Positions 10,201 to 22,610 of a stretch of DNA of 64,000 nucleotides are shown here, piece by piece. Numbering within the stretch: position 1 is the first letter of the stretch; each line of letters starts with the position of its first letter. The notes beneath the pieces were generated by a model. The model saw only the letters and a program-made list of their open reading frames with translations, did no database searches and was not told the origin of the DNA. Both the position numbers and the translations under genes were made by a program. The DNA is from Ostrea edulis (taxonomy: Eukaryota), in assembly GCF_947568905.1 (NCBI RefSeq), contig NC_079164.1, positions 91,574,001 through 91,638,000 on the forward strand. Reading direction: 5' to 3'.

Positions 10201-12468
10201 TGTATCACCATGAGACGATGTGTCATGTACCTTCATGACCTCCATATGACCTTGACCTCAAGGTCAAAATTAAAGGTTTTTACAATGGATTCGTGCCAGA
10301 GCCATAACTTCTTTGTTCTTTGACATAGGCATACCATGTTTGACACATGAGTGTATCACCATGAGACGATGTGTCATGTACCTTCATGACCTCCATATGA
10401 CCTTGACCTCAAGGTCAAAATTAAAGATTTTTTACAATGGATTCGTGTCAGGTCCATAACTTCTTTGTTCTTTGACATAGGCATACCATGTTTGACACAT
10501 GAGTGTATCACCATGAGACGATGTGTCATGTACTTTCATGACCTCCATATGACCTTGACCTCAAGGTCAAAATTAAACGTTTTTACAATGGATCCGTGTC
10601 AGGCCTATGACTTCTTTGTTCTTTGACATAGGCATACCATATTTGACACATGAGTGTATCACCATGAGACGATGTGTCAGGTACCTTCATTACCTCTCTA
10701 TGACCTTGAACTTTGACCTCAAGGTCAAAATTGATTATAGGGTTTTGACATAGTCATACCATAAGACATGGGTGTATCACCATGAGACTATGTGTCATGT
10801 ACATTCATGACCTCTTTATGACCTTGACCTTTGATCTCAAGGTCAATATTATAGGTTTATACCATGGATTTGTGTTCGGACTATATCTTCCATTTTCTTC
10901 TACAAAGGCATACTATATTTTTACACTCAGGAAAGAGGTAATTTATGCCTATTAACAACACCCTTTGGGAGATTGGGGTAACGGGGGGGGGTATTCTTAG
11001 TGAGCATTGCTCACAGTACCTCTTGCTACTGATTTTGACTTCGGATTAATCCGTTTACATGATCAAGATATGTAGAGCTCACGACGGATGTGACTGGTTA
11101 GAAGGAAATGCTTACTTCTCCTGGGCACCTGATCCCACCTTTCATGTTACCAGGGGTTGGTGATTCTGAATTTTATATTCTGTATAGGATTTATGAGATT
11201 GATCACTTTTTCATACACTCTCCTTCCTTCTAGCATTTACGGTGTACATGTATACACCCTCTTACCTGCAGACCTGTAGCTGTGATAGAAAATAATGTGC
11301 TATACCCAAGAGCTAAATATTTGATATCTAAGAAAACCAAACCCTACCGCAGAATTTTTTTCTGTATGCGATTGAGGTCTTACTTCGTTCTATCCCTGCA
11401 TCGCTACTTCCTAATAAACAATAGACCATATAACAAGCAACATTGATTGAAGCTGAGCTTTTTTAAAACATTGGACTTTAATGAGTGTTTGAAAGTATGT
11501 CTCGGCACAAGTGTAATGAAAAAATATGTTGGGTCTAGTTTTCATCTTAAAACTTTGAGGTGGTGTGCAAAAATGCGGCTTCATGCTCAGAAAAAGTTGC
11601 GCTGTAAATTGTAGGTTGTTCATAAATCGTATGGGTCTGTAGCTCTCTGATATATTCCCCATGCCTACAGCTCTGCAGTTAACATGCTCTTTCCTCCATG
11701 TCCTCGTTTCGGGAAGAAGAAAAATAACATCTTCCATATTCCAATAAATACTGATGGACACATACGGCCATAAATTTGTAATCTTTTCTGGGATCTATTC
11801 AGAAGGAATATATTGTGTATATGTACATGTATCTATGCCCCTATATATCTATGGAATATACATGTAATCTGCTGTGATCTAACTTAATTACAAGACATAA
11901 ATGGTTCCCACGTGCGCCTCCAGTTGTTGATCGTGTATCAGTCCAGTATATGCATCTGCTGAGGATCAGACCCGGAACCTATCGCACGACAGTCTTATGT
12001 TCTATCGATCACGCTATAGGGTATCCCTCTTAATAGGAATGTATACAACACCACCACCACATTCGTTAATCATTATTTTTCATGAGTGACATCTGATATT
12101 TTGATGTCGATATAACGATTTAAATTTTTCATCATTGCATTAGCAGAGCTTATTGTATAACAAACTTCATACTTTAAATTCTGCCTTGGTATGATAATCA
12201 ATCAGTGTCTTGCTTTTTTGTGCAAAAAGTTTTTTTCTTCTTCAGCAAATGACCTTTATAGGGTTTATATCGATAATTTATCGAAATATCCAATTTATTT
12301 GGACACACTTCATTACTTGATTGACGTTACATGTATTTGTTGGTTTATAATATCAGTGCAATTTTTTTTCAGATACAAGATTGCCAGTTTATAAAAGCTG
12401 CTCTTCCTGCAGGAGAAATCTACTGCTGCAACGACAGAGAATGTTTAAGAAATTATCTCGGTATCTAA
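4211..12468 (+). CDS. Secreted Cys-rich protein, 189 aa: signal peptide, two cvSI/I84-like 6-Cys repeats, Thr-rich linker, 10-Cys Ly6/uPAR (three-finger)-like domain
   Basis: Exons 4211-4265, 4848-4976, 5326-5427, 5577-5636, 6092-6219, 12373-12468. All introns are GT-AG, phases 1,1,1,1,0, and the 570 nt join into one open frame: MAVELGMMRILLFACLLVDSHGTVTTTPIPVCQNNTDCASYPCSDSTYPYCHVNPQICGCATCLEDRHCHCELGDTPVCSYHSSSQTHQCRCQHPDTTSTSTTTTTTRDAYTTAKVPVKPCPTCDQNLSCEWNTTCAESETCMIQSYPGYKFTVHCSKIQDCQFIKAALPAGEIYCCNDRECLRNYLGI*. TATAAAAG at 4098 and AATAAA at 12643. Family labels rest on cysteine spacing only. Confidence 0.8.
5622..5925 (+). repeat. 35-37-bp minisatellite, 8 copies each containing the exon-4 splice donor
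   Basis: Unit acaacagcgaaag|gtaaaaattgtaatgcgtc(a/t)t(t)aa, with GT at 5637, 5674, 5711, 5747, 5783, 5818, 5854, 5891. Confidence 0.95.
6347..7038 (+). mobile_element. TTAA-flanked (Kolobok-like) MITE with an internal tRNA-like segment amplified 8 times
   Basis: Same element as 51503-51815. It ends cctcc|TTAA at 7039. The 52-bp unit cgcctggctgagtagctcagtaggttagcacgtcgacttatgaactgtaaat starts at 6443, 6495 ... 6807. Confidence 0.8.
7269..7864 (+). mobile_element. Truncated Penelope-like retroelement with direct terminal repeats (pseudo-LTR arrangement)
   Basis: The terminal repeat at about 7270-7407 recurs at about 7730-7864. They flank a C-terminal RT-associated segment, GVYISQLIRYSRACSAYGQFLNRGKLLTNKLMVQGFQQSRLKSAFCKFYGR...DVFHTDC*. 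Confidence 0.8.
7895..8600. repeat. Compound minisatellite: 36-bp units (about 5) grading into 29-bp units (about 17)
   Basis: acatcccttcatcattccagaatttacaatgtataa from about 7900; tacaatgtacacacgctccttcccggatt from 8100. It accounts for the repetitive ORFs 8162-8751. Confidence 0.95.
8853..9625. repeat. 19-bp minisatellite (atacttatgtagcagtatt), about 40 copies
   Basis: The unit equals the RT codons around P-Y-L-C-S-S-I of the host element. Confidence 0.95.
9888..11025. mobile_element. Non-autonomous Helitron/Helentron-type element with about 6 internal 151-bp repeats
   Basis: Short ctgt/ccgt microsatellite near the left end; units start ggattcgtg at 10136, 10287, 10439, 10590; terminal hairpin gtgagcattgctcac at about 11000. 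Confidence 0.75.
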
Positions 12469-13022
12469 CATTGGCATTATAAACTTATTCAGCAATTAAT
12501 CTAACGACGAAAATCTTTGAAATTCAACCGAGCACAGTAATATTTTGTGTATGTAGATATATATACAGTTTTATCAACTTGCTTAATAATCCATTTCAAG
12601 TCCAGTCCTGCACTAGAAGCGCTGCAGATTATCTAAACAGACAATAAAGGTGTAAATTTCAACGGATAGTATTTACTAGGATTATCATTGCATATCTTGG
12701 TATACGCAATCTTATTACAATCTATGTCTATTCGAATTATAATATATTCCTTTTTTAATTAAAATGTATTCAATGTTTTTACCTGAGTTCGGTCCCTTCT
12801 ATGTTGTAACGATTTGTTATCCTACCTGGTTGATTGTCATACATAATAGTCTCGATCGGGGCCTATTACCTGAGCGTCGTATACTAGACCATAGGTCACG
12901 GCTGAAAACATCTCGAGTTTTGTAAACAGAAAGTGAATTCGAGTTTTGGAACATGTTTGAATTTTTTCATGGATGTAAAATTAGAAATGTAATCAACACC
13001 TAAAGTGCCATTGTTTCACGAA

Positions 13023-14238
13023 ATGGAGGAACCAGACGGGGAATTACCTGTCCATATTGATGTCCAGGAGCAACACAAGAAAGATGGGACCTACCATTAC
13101 TCCTTTACCTACGAACGGGCCACTTTATACGAATTTCAGTTTGAACGTGCCCCCCATCCCGACCCTAAGGACCCGTGTTTCCGGTGCAACAGGCGAGTTC
13201 TACCCCATGATCAGGTCCGGGTGGATGTTGTATTCCACAAACAATGCTTCCGGTGTCGTATTTGTGGACTGTTGTTGACTATGCAGACATTTTACAGAAA
13301 TGATGCCAACGATTCTTCGGATAAAGAAGTTTATTGTAAAACCCACGTGGGAAAGAAAATTAGACAAGTGAAATATGAGTGTCAACCGTTAGAGTTCGAT
13401 ATCGAGAACGCATCACACCACAGTCAAGTATGTTAATTGTTCTTTATTGTTGTTGTCTGCTCATCTGCAAAATAACCCCATAAACAAACTCCTCATTTTG
13501 AAATTATTTAAACTGTACTGTTTATCCGGTCTGTCCATTTTGATCTGAGATCACCTGTTGCAGTGGTCCACGATCTTACATTGTGTATCAGTTCTTCAAT
13601 ATACACAAGGTTTGTTTGTAGAGTATTGATTTACACGTCACACTAGGTATGCTTACTCACACTGATGTTAGGTCTGGGTTATTCGTAAAATACTTCAAAC
13701 TATCTCGGTTATGACCTCGCTTTGATTATTGCTAATCTCTAGAAGAAGTCCTCTGGCCCATTTAAGGCTGTACCGTGCACTTCTACAATAACAAAATTTG
13801 GAGTGTTCTAGGAGTGCTTCAAATATTTTGAGAATGACACCTTATTTATTTATTTTTTGGCTTGAATACTGTTATATACACATTCTAAAATTAGCCAGGA
13901 TGTTCATATCGATCGACAGTTGACACGTTTCTGTGAACATTTAGTTAAAAATCTGTATGATGTATCCCAATCTTCAGTCAGCGTTAGATCAGCACTGATA
14001 GTCCTCGGAATCTTGCTGCGGTAATAAAAGTGTCATTTATGACACAGTGAACAAAACAAATTACAGCCTAGTTAAGGGAAATTGGCCCACCGCGCACACA
14101 CAGGCGCCCAATATGAAAAATATGGGGGTAATATGCCAACAATCTGGGCTTAATTTGAAAAATGGACATGTTCATAGTTCTGGAGAATATGGACGTTGTG
14201 AACAGAACGGTTAATTTGCCCTTTGTGTAATGTACGTT

Positions 14239-14282
<44 letters not shown>

Positions 14283-17200
14283 TAAAAAGTGCTCCCAGTG
14301 TATTGACACGCTCATTACTGCAAACGTTCAGTCTGTAGTCTCGACGCAACCTACACGAAGGTGTAAATAGCCCCCGGATACAGAAACTATACAGATGGTT
14401 AAATATACTACATGAAATATCCCAAGTTGTATAACTTACGCCAGTTCAAAAGGTCAGCATTTGTTTCATTTAATGTAACTAATTACAGGTTCGCTTACGA
14501 GACAGGTAAGTCGGTCAGATTCTCACGACATCCGACGTTCGCACATTGTTAGGACCTAACAAAACCCCGAATCGTAGTTTGTAATTGGAGCGTAAAGAAT
14601 ATTTACTTCGGGATGGTGAAATATAAATCAGGATACAAACAATAATTCAGGAACATTAACATAGCAAAATAATTGTAGTTCTAATGCAAAACCATGATAT
14701 ATATTCAGTGAAATATTACATTTATTATATGGCTTTACAAATTATATACAGCTATAGATAGCAAGGTGTTTTAAAATTTCTATATCCTGGTCACGTGACT
14801 TTAAGCTTGCAACAGAAATCTGGGTGTTTTCACGTCTACGTCCATCAATACAATGCAACAGGTAAGAATTGACAAACATGAATAGTTTGATCACTAGGCT
14901 ACTAACATTCATGCTTATAGAAATGAGATTTATCAAATGTTTAGTCTGGTAATCGGAGAACCATGTCAACAACACAATGTGTTGACATTTTTGCTAGTAC
15001 AGAAATTGAGCATCTATAACTGTAAACAAGTGTGTCCTGTAAATCTTCTCTGAATAAGATGTTAGACAAAGACATTTATTGAATGATAAAACATTTCTTT
15101 TTTACAAAATTAGCTGAACAACATAAGATATGGTGAGTCATTACGCAGGACTAATCCAAAGCCAGTCCCAAGCCCCCGTACCCACAGTCCGCGAGAGGGA
15201 AGCCCCATAGGTACCCCTTTAGGACACAGTCCCTCAGGATCGAGTATGGTCAGCGTCACTCCCAGGACGATGAACGGAAGCACCTTCAATTCGCATTATC
15301 CAAACATGACTGATTTCAACACCACTTTTGGATCCACCCCCGGGTATAATCGACCAAGACCCGTGCTTCAGTCGTTCGAAGTAAGCAAGAATGGGGAAAA
15401 TTCCATCTCACATCATAACAAAATACGAGAGACGTACATGTATCCTAACAAAATATACAATAATGAGAATTTGTACCATTAGAAAACTATTTTTTATCAA
15501 TCATACCAGTGATATTAAATCTAGCATCCATCCACAGGTTTCGGAGTCACTATCATTCAGATCTTGGGATGAGGTATAATATGACCCAAGAAACAAAGTT
15601 TATGTCTTTAGAGATAGAAACAGAGACATTGTCATAATTACATGTTCTGCATTTCAAAAGGTGGACAGTTCACGTTCGTTTGCACATGGCTTGGAGAAGG
15701 GATGCACTAAGAATATTTGATAAAGATAATCGGATCATCATTGCTTTGGAAAGAATATGTGTAATGATCAGTATGTTTATTATATAGATCGACTAGTATT
15801 CATATTTGAAAGCATTTTAATTTAAGGACTTTGAAACCAGTGGTGTTTTCGAGGCACAGTCGGTATTGGAATCGAGGCACCGTGAGGAGGAAGAGAGGCT
15901 ACAAAGATTCCTTTTAGAGGAGAGAGAGAAGGAAATGCGGAAACTGGACGACAGTATTGCTGTGGAGAAAGACAGGGCCGCTGCTGACCTCTTAAGTAGT
16001 TTTGAGCATATGTCAATGTCGGGATCTACCCCAAATCTCATGGCTGAAAGAGAGAGAATTGAAGATCACTTCCGACGCATGCGCGAAGAAAAGTTTAAAG
16101 TGATGATGGATAAAATTGCGACGGAGGAGAAAACTAGAACAGCCAAAATGTTGGATCGTCATGGGCAAGAAATACTGTTGTTGATAGCGAAAAAGGTAGT
16201 TTTCTAAAGTATATATGATTTTAAAAAGTATCAAAGAAAGCCAAGGTGGCTGTATGAATTATCCTAAATAGAAATAAGCTTTATTCCAGTCCCCAATTAG
16301 TGTTGGCTATAAAACAAGAGAATGATGGTTTTAAAGTATGACAGCTATTGATTTAATTTTTTTTATATAGATTCAAAAAATACATATTACAAAAAGCGTT
16401 AGCAAGTCACTTAGCTACATATTCTCCGTCTGTGTATAGGACAGGGAAATTGACCGGAGCGCCCTGTTTGACCACTCCATGAAGCCTCCCATAATTCCTC
16501 CAGAGACAAAAAAGGTTGATCTATACAAGTCACCAGAGGTGTTCAAAAAGCTGGACGAGAGGGCAATAGAGGTCAGTAACTTAAAGCAAAAGTCAAGACG
16601 ATGACTGAACATAAACGTTTAGTAAGTGAAGAGTTCCTACATATTGTTGAAAACTGGAATCAGAAGATAAAACTCCTTTCCCTGCGCTGTTTCATTGAAT
16701 TGCCATAAAAGCGATCTTATATCAATAAAATCAAAAGTATAAGTTTGACATCCATCTTTTGTTAATGATTAATGCAAAAAACAATGAATAAGAATTGTAT
16801 TTGCTATAGTTCCATAGTCCCACCATGGCAATTGTAGTTCCATAGTCCCACCATGGCAATCACGTGCCCTCCAAAACGTGTCACAAAGCTGTAACAGAGT
16901 ACACAATTTCGGCGACTGAAATAATTAGATAATAGTATTTCATACTGCAGTTTATAAACTATTAATCTTGCATATAAGTTATAACTCATTTAGATTTTCA
17001 CTAAATTTTGTCAGAATATTTGAAGCTCTTTTTGAAATATTCGAGAATCAATGTTTATAAAAATTGAATATTCGTAATTAGTTTGGGCCCGCCGTGGATT
17101 CTGTAATTTCACTTGTACCTAAACTGTATTTGCAATGCAATTGACATCCTGTAACTTTTATCAAATAACATTTTGAAGTTAAAAAACTCACCTCACGAAA

Positions 17201-20200
17201 ATAAATGTGTCAAACATTTTCAAGAGAGAAAATTATCCCTTTTGTCATTACTGATATTCTTCGCAACCGGCGGTCATTTTTGAAGTCCACGATTTAGTCA
17301 TACCGCTCCTTTACAATTGTTTTTAGTGAAGTGCGTGTTTTCCGTCTTGCATTTCAAACCTCTCCAGAGGCACTCCATTTTCTGTTTCTAATTCATTTTA
17401 TGATATGCTAAACGACATATTGTAAAAATTTGAAGCTCAATTACTAGACCCTGGCTTTGTTTTGTGACATACTTATACGATTTGTGTATTTGCAGTTAGC
17501 CAACAAGGACTACGGCAATTTCACAGAACTGGTGAAAGACTTGACGAGAGACTGTCAGACAGAACTGGAGAAAGTCAGGTACTTAGCTGCATTATACTGT
17601 AGACCATTCCTTCATTTGTTTATTGAAGTAAACAATGCTGCAATATCTAATGTCACATATTGCTAAAAAAAAAACAAAAAAAAAAACCTTTTATATTACG
17701 AAAAACTCCAAGCGGTCATCCAAGTTTTGCAATGAACCCGGACTGGACGCAATTTTTCTTGTGAGGACCAGTGACCAATTCAAAATCCATTCCCATGAAT
17801 CCAACATTAACTTTATTTATATTTAGTGAGGATTAAAAGTTTTTAAAACTACTTTTTCATAATGATTGAAGAAACCCACATCTCTCGTCATCATAATTCA
17901 TAATTATTGAATCACAGATAATAATGAATATCAAATCTGGTCAGACAGTAATAATTACTAATATCAACCGGGTGCCGTGAAGGCAAATTCATGAATAAAT
18001 GATGTAAGTTTTTGTTCAGCATATGTTGCCCTATGAGCAACACGTGAACAGCCAGAAGAACAAATTTATTGATAATAATCCGTATACTAAGAAATCGATG
18101 GGGATTAACTAGTGCGCATTTCCAGCAGCCATTTTCTAAATCACCAGGGAGCATGGATGTCACTTTCATAAATATTCACTTCAACTCCAGACCCGTTATG
18201 ACAACTTTTCACATCCTCACAACAAGGTGCTATATTTTGACAGAAAGTGTTAAATACTCTTTCCTTTCTGAATTAATTTGGACTGGGTCACGAACAGGAT
18301 AAAAACTGCGTTATAACTAGTCACAATTGCTAATTTAAGCATGGTCTCACGAATATTGATGAAGCTAGGTATTTGATGTGTGCAATGGAGATGTTGAATC
18401 ATCGTTAGTGTTTGCTCATGTATAATCACGCATAAAAAGTGTTAATCAGAAAGTTATAATCAGACGGTGATCCTGCATTCTACTTTCGATTTCTCACATA
18501 TACATGTTTATCAATTAGTGTTTCAGCAGAAATCTCTCTTTGGAAAATACCGGTAGTTTTCTTCTATAATTATCAATTATTAAAAATGGAAATTTTAATA
18601 TGCAATCTCTTTGGGATTAATTTTTCTTGCTTCTTTCGCAAGGATTATCAACTATATTAAATACTTTACGTGCACATGCGAGCAATTTTCCAAACATTTC
18701 TGGTCGTCCATTTATAGAAAAAGCAGGATGTTATCATTACTCTATGGATTCTATGAAGTTGTTACTGATCAACAGAATTATTTTTTTTCTTCACATCTTT
18801 AATTATCCGATCTTTAGTTATCTAATCTTTAACTATCCCTTTCCATACTTTTCTATTTGGAACACAAAATTGCATACACTTTTAATTTTTCAGGGTAATT
18901 TTTCGATGGGTTATTGCGAAAGACCTAGGTAAACACAACGTCAAAGAAATAGTGCGGCCAAATTCTACAGCTTCCCTTCTGCGGGGAGTGAGAACTGGAA
19001 AGGAGACCTACCACCAACTGTTCAAAAAGCTCTGCAAGTACGGATTTTTTTTCTATTGTAATTTTAAAAGCTCATCTATTTATTACTTGTTTGTTTGTAT
19101 CTTGTTTTAAGTCCCATTGGAGAATTTTCAGTCATATAGTGACGTCACCTGCTCTAAGTGAAGTGCCACAAATTTTTAATTAAACATGGTGCTCATGACC
19201 ATTTTATCGTCATAAAACCTACCATGACACGATACTTCAGCATTCTGCAGGAACATGGACACGATTTTGGTACCGAAATATTTAGATATCTAATTGGTAA
19301 TTTGATTTAAAAAACTGACGCAAAATCTAAACTTTTCATTTTCAAATCAAGGCACGAGCCCAGTTTATGTTTACATGTCACGTGACTCAACTATCAGCAC
19401 GTCGCCAAAGTTGACGGCTTCCGTGAAAAAAGCTTTTATAACAAAAATTACTTGTTCTTTCATCTTTATTCTTGCTCCCTTAATTGATTTATCATTAACA
19501 TATGTCGAAGTGTAGAATGCTTTTGACATACTTTATAGAAATCATGGTGTTCTCACCTCTGCACGTGGCTTGCTGGCTATGACAAGCCTGTTGACAAACG
19601 CGATTTTGGGAGCCGGATTTTATGTAAATACAAAGTATATCCGATGAAAAGATGTTTTTTTAATCCACTTATTTTCAAAAGGTCTTAATTTTTATTACAA
19701 AACACTCTCAATTTCAATCGATCAAAAATCGTGTCCATGTCCATTTAAGGTCAAATTGCCGTTGGTTTAGCTAAGGAACACTTATACTAAACGTCTTGGG
19801 TCAAACCTGAGAGTAGACCTTCCAGTTACGAGGCAAACACCTTAACAAGTACGTCACCGTGACCGGTCTATGCACATGTATAAATTTTGCCCTATCATGT
19901 TATGAAAAAAAAGTATGCCGGTAAGAGCATGTGGAATTATAGTTGTATGTTGGAAATATGAAATCTATACCAATTGATATTGTGGTGCACTCCACAGAGT
20001 CTACACAAAAAATGGAACCGTTTATAAAAGTTTAATATCTATGCTAAATTTATGTTTGCTCATATGTTAAAATGTGTCAGGTAATTTTCTTGTGATTTTC
20101 TAGTTTTGCTGGTCTGCATTGCGAAATCATCCTTGGTTACTCGAAGGGCGCCGGATACAAACCTGGAATGCGAATGGATGGAACGTCATTTCGAAATTCG

Positions 20201-21451
20201 TGGACAGCTGTTTCCATAGACGGAAATTGGCGGCTTGTCAACTGCACATGGGCAGCACGTCACGTGACTGGACACAAAGATGACCTGCCGGAAATTTTCT
20301 TCAAGTATGACGAGTTCTATTTTTTGACCGACCCCGAGGATCACATTTACCAACACTACCCTGATGACTCACAGTGGCAGCTAATTGACATTCCATTGCC
20401 TTTCTCAGAGTTCCTCAATTTGCCTGTCGTAAAATCACCCTTTTTCAATTACGGACTACGGTTTTACTCTAATTACGGTGCAACATTAACAACAGATTCC
20501 GGAATGGTTGAAGTTCGTCTGATTTCATACAAGATATTAGGATTTGGTCACGTATTGGAGTCCTACGATAAATCTGTTGATGCAAGATCACTTGAGGGCC
20601 GTGTACTTCTTCGCCACGTGAAAAACGAAGCCATATTCACCATTAACTTGCCGAAAAGAGGACTGTATTATTTTTCAATTTACACAGGCGACTATTGGCA
20701 CTCAGATTGTCTGGAAAGTGCTGCATCATTCTTAGTCAACTGTACAGATAGCATGGGATCCCCCTCCCCACCGTATCCCCCCGTACCATTTTACGGACCA
20801 ACGCCCATGATGGAAACTCTCAAAATAGAGACCAGTAATCAGCTCGACCCGCTGATTGTGTCAAATGGGGAGTCCTTAGACATTAGTTTTAAGCTTTCGA
20901 AAGATATCAAAGTTACGCACACGTTTCAATACTTTGATGCTACTGATGGTTCGGTTTCGGACATAGATCGTTATGTATTCCTACGCTCGCGGACGGATAC
21001 TGGTGCAACGTACATGGTCAGGTGTCCGAAAGAAGGATATTACATCTTTTCGATGTATGCAGCAGATGAGAGCAATGAAACATTAGACTGTGTATACAGA
21101 TACCTAGTCATCTGTCAGCAAGCAAACCAAGCAACTAATGTGTTTCCAAAAACTTATCACAAATGGCAACGGTGCACATTGCATGAGCCGGTGTACGGGG
21201 ACCTCATGACGAACAAGCGCTATTCTTTCCGCTTAGATGTTCCCCAAGCGGTCGAGGTATTTCTGGTCATTGGAGATATCTGGCATCATCTCAAACGGAA
21301 GCTGGGATTCACTTGGGAGGGGAATATCAATACGGGGAAAAATCCTGGAACCGCGAAAATTTACGCTAGATTTTCTGTGGATCGCGACGCTTCCCTTTTC
21401 TCTCATCTGCTAGACTACGAATTAATCGAGGATGCTGAAACAGAAATATAG
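13023..21451 (+). CDS. Hillarin/LTD-1-like protein 1 (LIM, coiled-coil, transglutaminase-like/KY-type domain), about 915 aa
   Basis: Exons 13023-13427, 15114-15380, 15827-16195, 16440-16571, 17496-17578, 18894-19037, 20104-21451 (2748 nt, open frame, GT-AG). LIM motif CFRC..H..C..C..C..CKTH, an E/R-rich coiled coil, and family motifs ETYHQLFKKLC, GYSKGAGY, FRNSWTAV, EFYFLTDP, VKSPFF. AATAAA at 21682. An upstream non-coding exon cannot be excluded. Confidence 0.9.
14242..14278. repeat. (TA)n microsatellite
   Basis: Perfect TA run. Confidence 0.95.
19087..19867 (-). mobile_element. tRNA-headed SINE split by a TIR MITE (about 19250-19743)
   Basis: SINE tail and core at 19087-19245 and head at 19745-19867. 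The insert has TIRs catggacacgatttt / aaaatcgtgtccatg. Confidence 0.65.
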
Positions 21452-21807
21452 TCTAGGGTTTACAATGTAGGGCTATTCACTTTATTTATTTGCATTTAAT
21501 GACTACATGTATTTATCATGCTATAGATGTTGTGATTTTGTTAATGCTCTGAATTTTATGAAATTTACTATATACGTTATATTGTGCTGCGGTGTTTAGT
21601 CATAAACAGTTGTCTCATTGTTGTGTGCTTGATCATCCACGTGCTATAAAAGTTTGATTTCCCATTGATGATTTATGAATCAATAAATGCTTAAATATTA
21701 TTGTGTGCGTCTTCAACTTTTAGGAAACCATGCTATGATTTGAATGATGATCCTGAGAGTTCAAGAACAAATGCAGATTCATTTAAAAAAAAAATAAAGA
21801 GTTCAAA

Positions 21808-21811
<4 letters not shown>

Positions 21812-21868
<57 letters not shown>
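21812..21868. repeat. (TA)n microsatellite
   Basis: Perfect TA run. Confidence 0.95.
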
Positions 21869-21869
<1 letters not shown>

Positions 21870-22476
21870 CATTGCAATCTATTTTGAGGTTTCAGGGGCG
21901 CTTGTGTTTCTTCGTCAGTCTTTATTCATATTCAAATCTGTGGTGAATTACCGAAGTGATCTGTTTTACAAGCAGACGACAGCGTGAGATTAAACATGAA
22001 AGAAAACTTTACAAGCCTCCGACAGGGAGCGTGTCTCAAAGCTAAATTAACACATAATACACGATCTAACAATAAAAACCTCTCCCCATATACAATAATA
22101 TCGTATATTCATCACAGCTTGCCAAAAAGTATTAGTCAATATTATATTTGGATGGAGAGAAACATTTTTACATTCCAATATTTTTTATGCATTTGCAATG
22201 AAGTTCTGTAGAGGATAATACGTACAAGACTACCTACTTTTTGTCGATGTTAAAAGGATAAATTAAGAGTGGGCGAATTGTTGTCGTGGGGTTTACTTTG
22301 ATTTACAGGATGAAAAGAAAATATGAATTGTTTCAGCGGAAAGAAATGCAGTAATTCAAACGAAAATCCATTCGGTGCATACCTGGTACTTCACGCACTC
22401 GATCTATAGCACATCCAAAATTATTCTTTTTGGTGAATATGCACACACAGTTTACAGAGTGGAATTTGCATTTACG

Positions 22477-22610
22477 GACCGGTCAACAAGGGGGTGTTTA
22501 CTCCTCCTAGACATCTGATCCAGCTCTGATTTTCCAAGGTTCCTGTTTGCCCCGTTCTCGATTGTTTATTCTTTATAGGATCACTGTTCGTTATCGTCAC
22601 CCTTTTCATG
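22477..22610 (+). mobile_element. Penelope-like 3' terminal fragment
   Basis: gaccggtc..gggg.tgtttactcctcctagacatctgatcc...gatcactgttcgttatc.tcacc..catg. Confidence 0.65.

Larger units (their letters stand above)
8621..11214 (+). mobile_element. Decayed Penelope-like RT fragment interrupted by a minisatellite and a Helentron-type element
   Basis: YEAEFIQK..., YIDDVLSINN (RT YxDD), YDKRDDFSFSIVNFPYLCS, resuming SQLIRYAR at about 9660. The 3' terminus resumes at about 11026 and ends at 11214. Confidence 0.8.
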
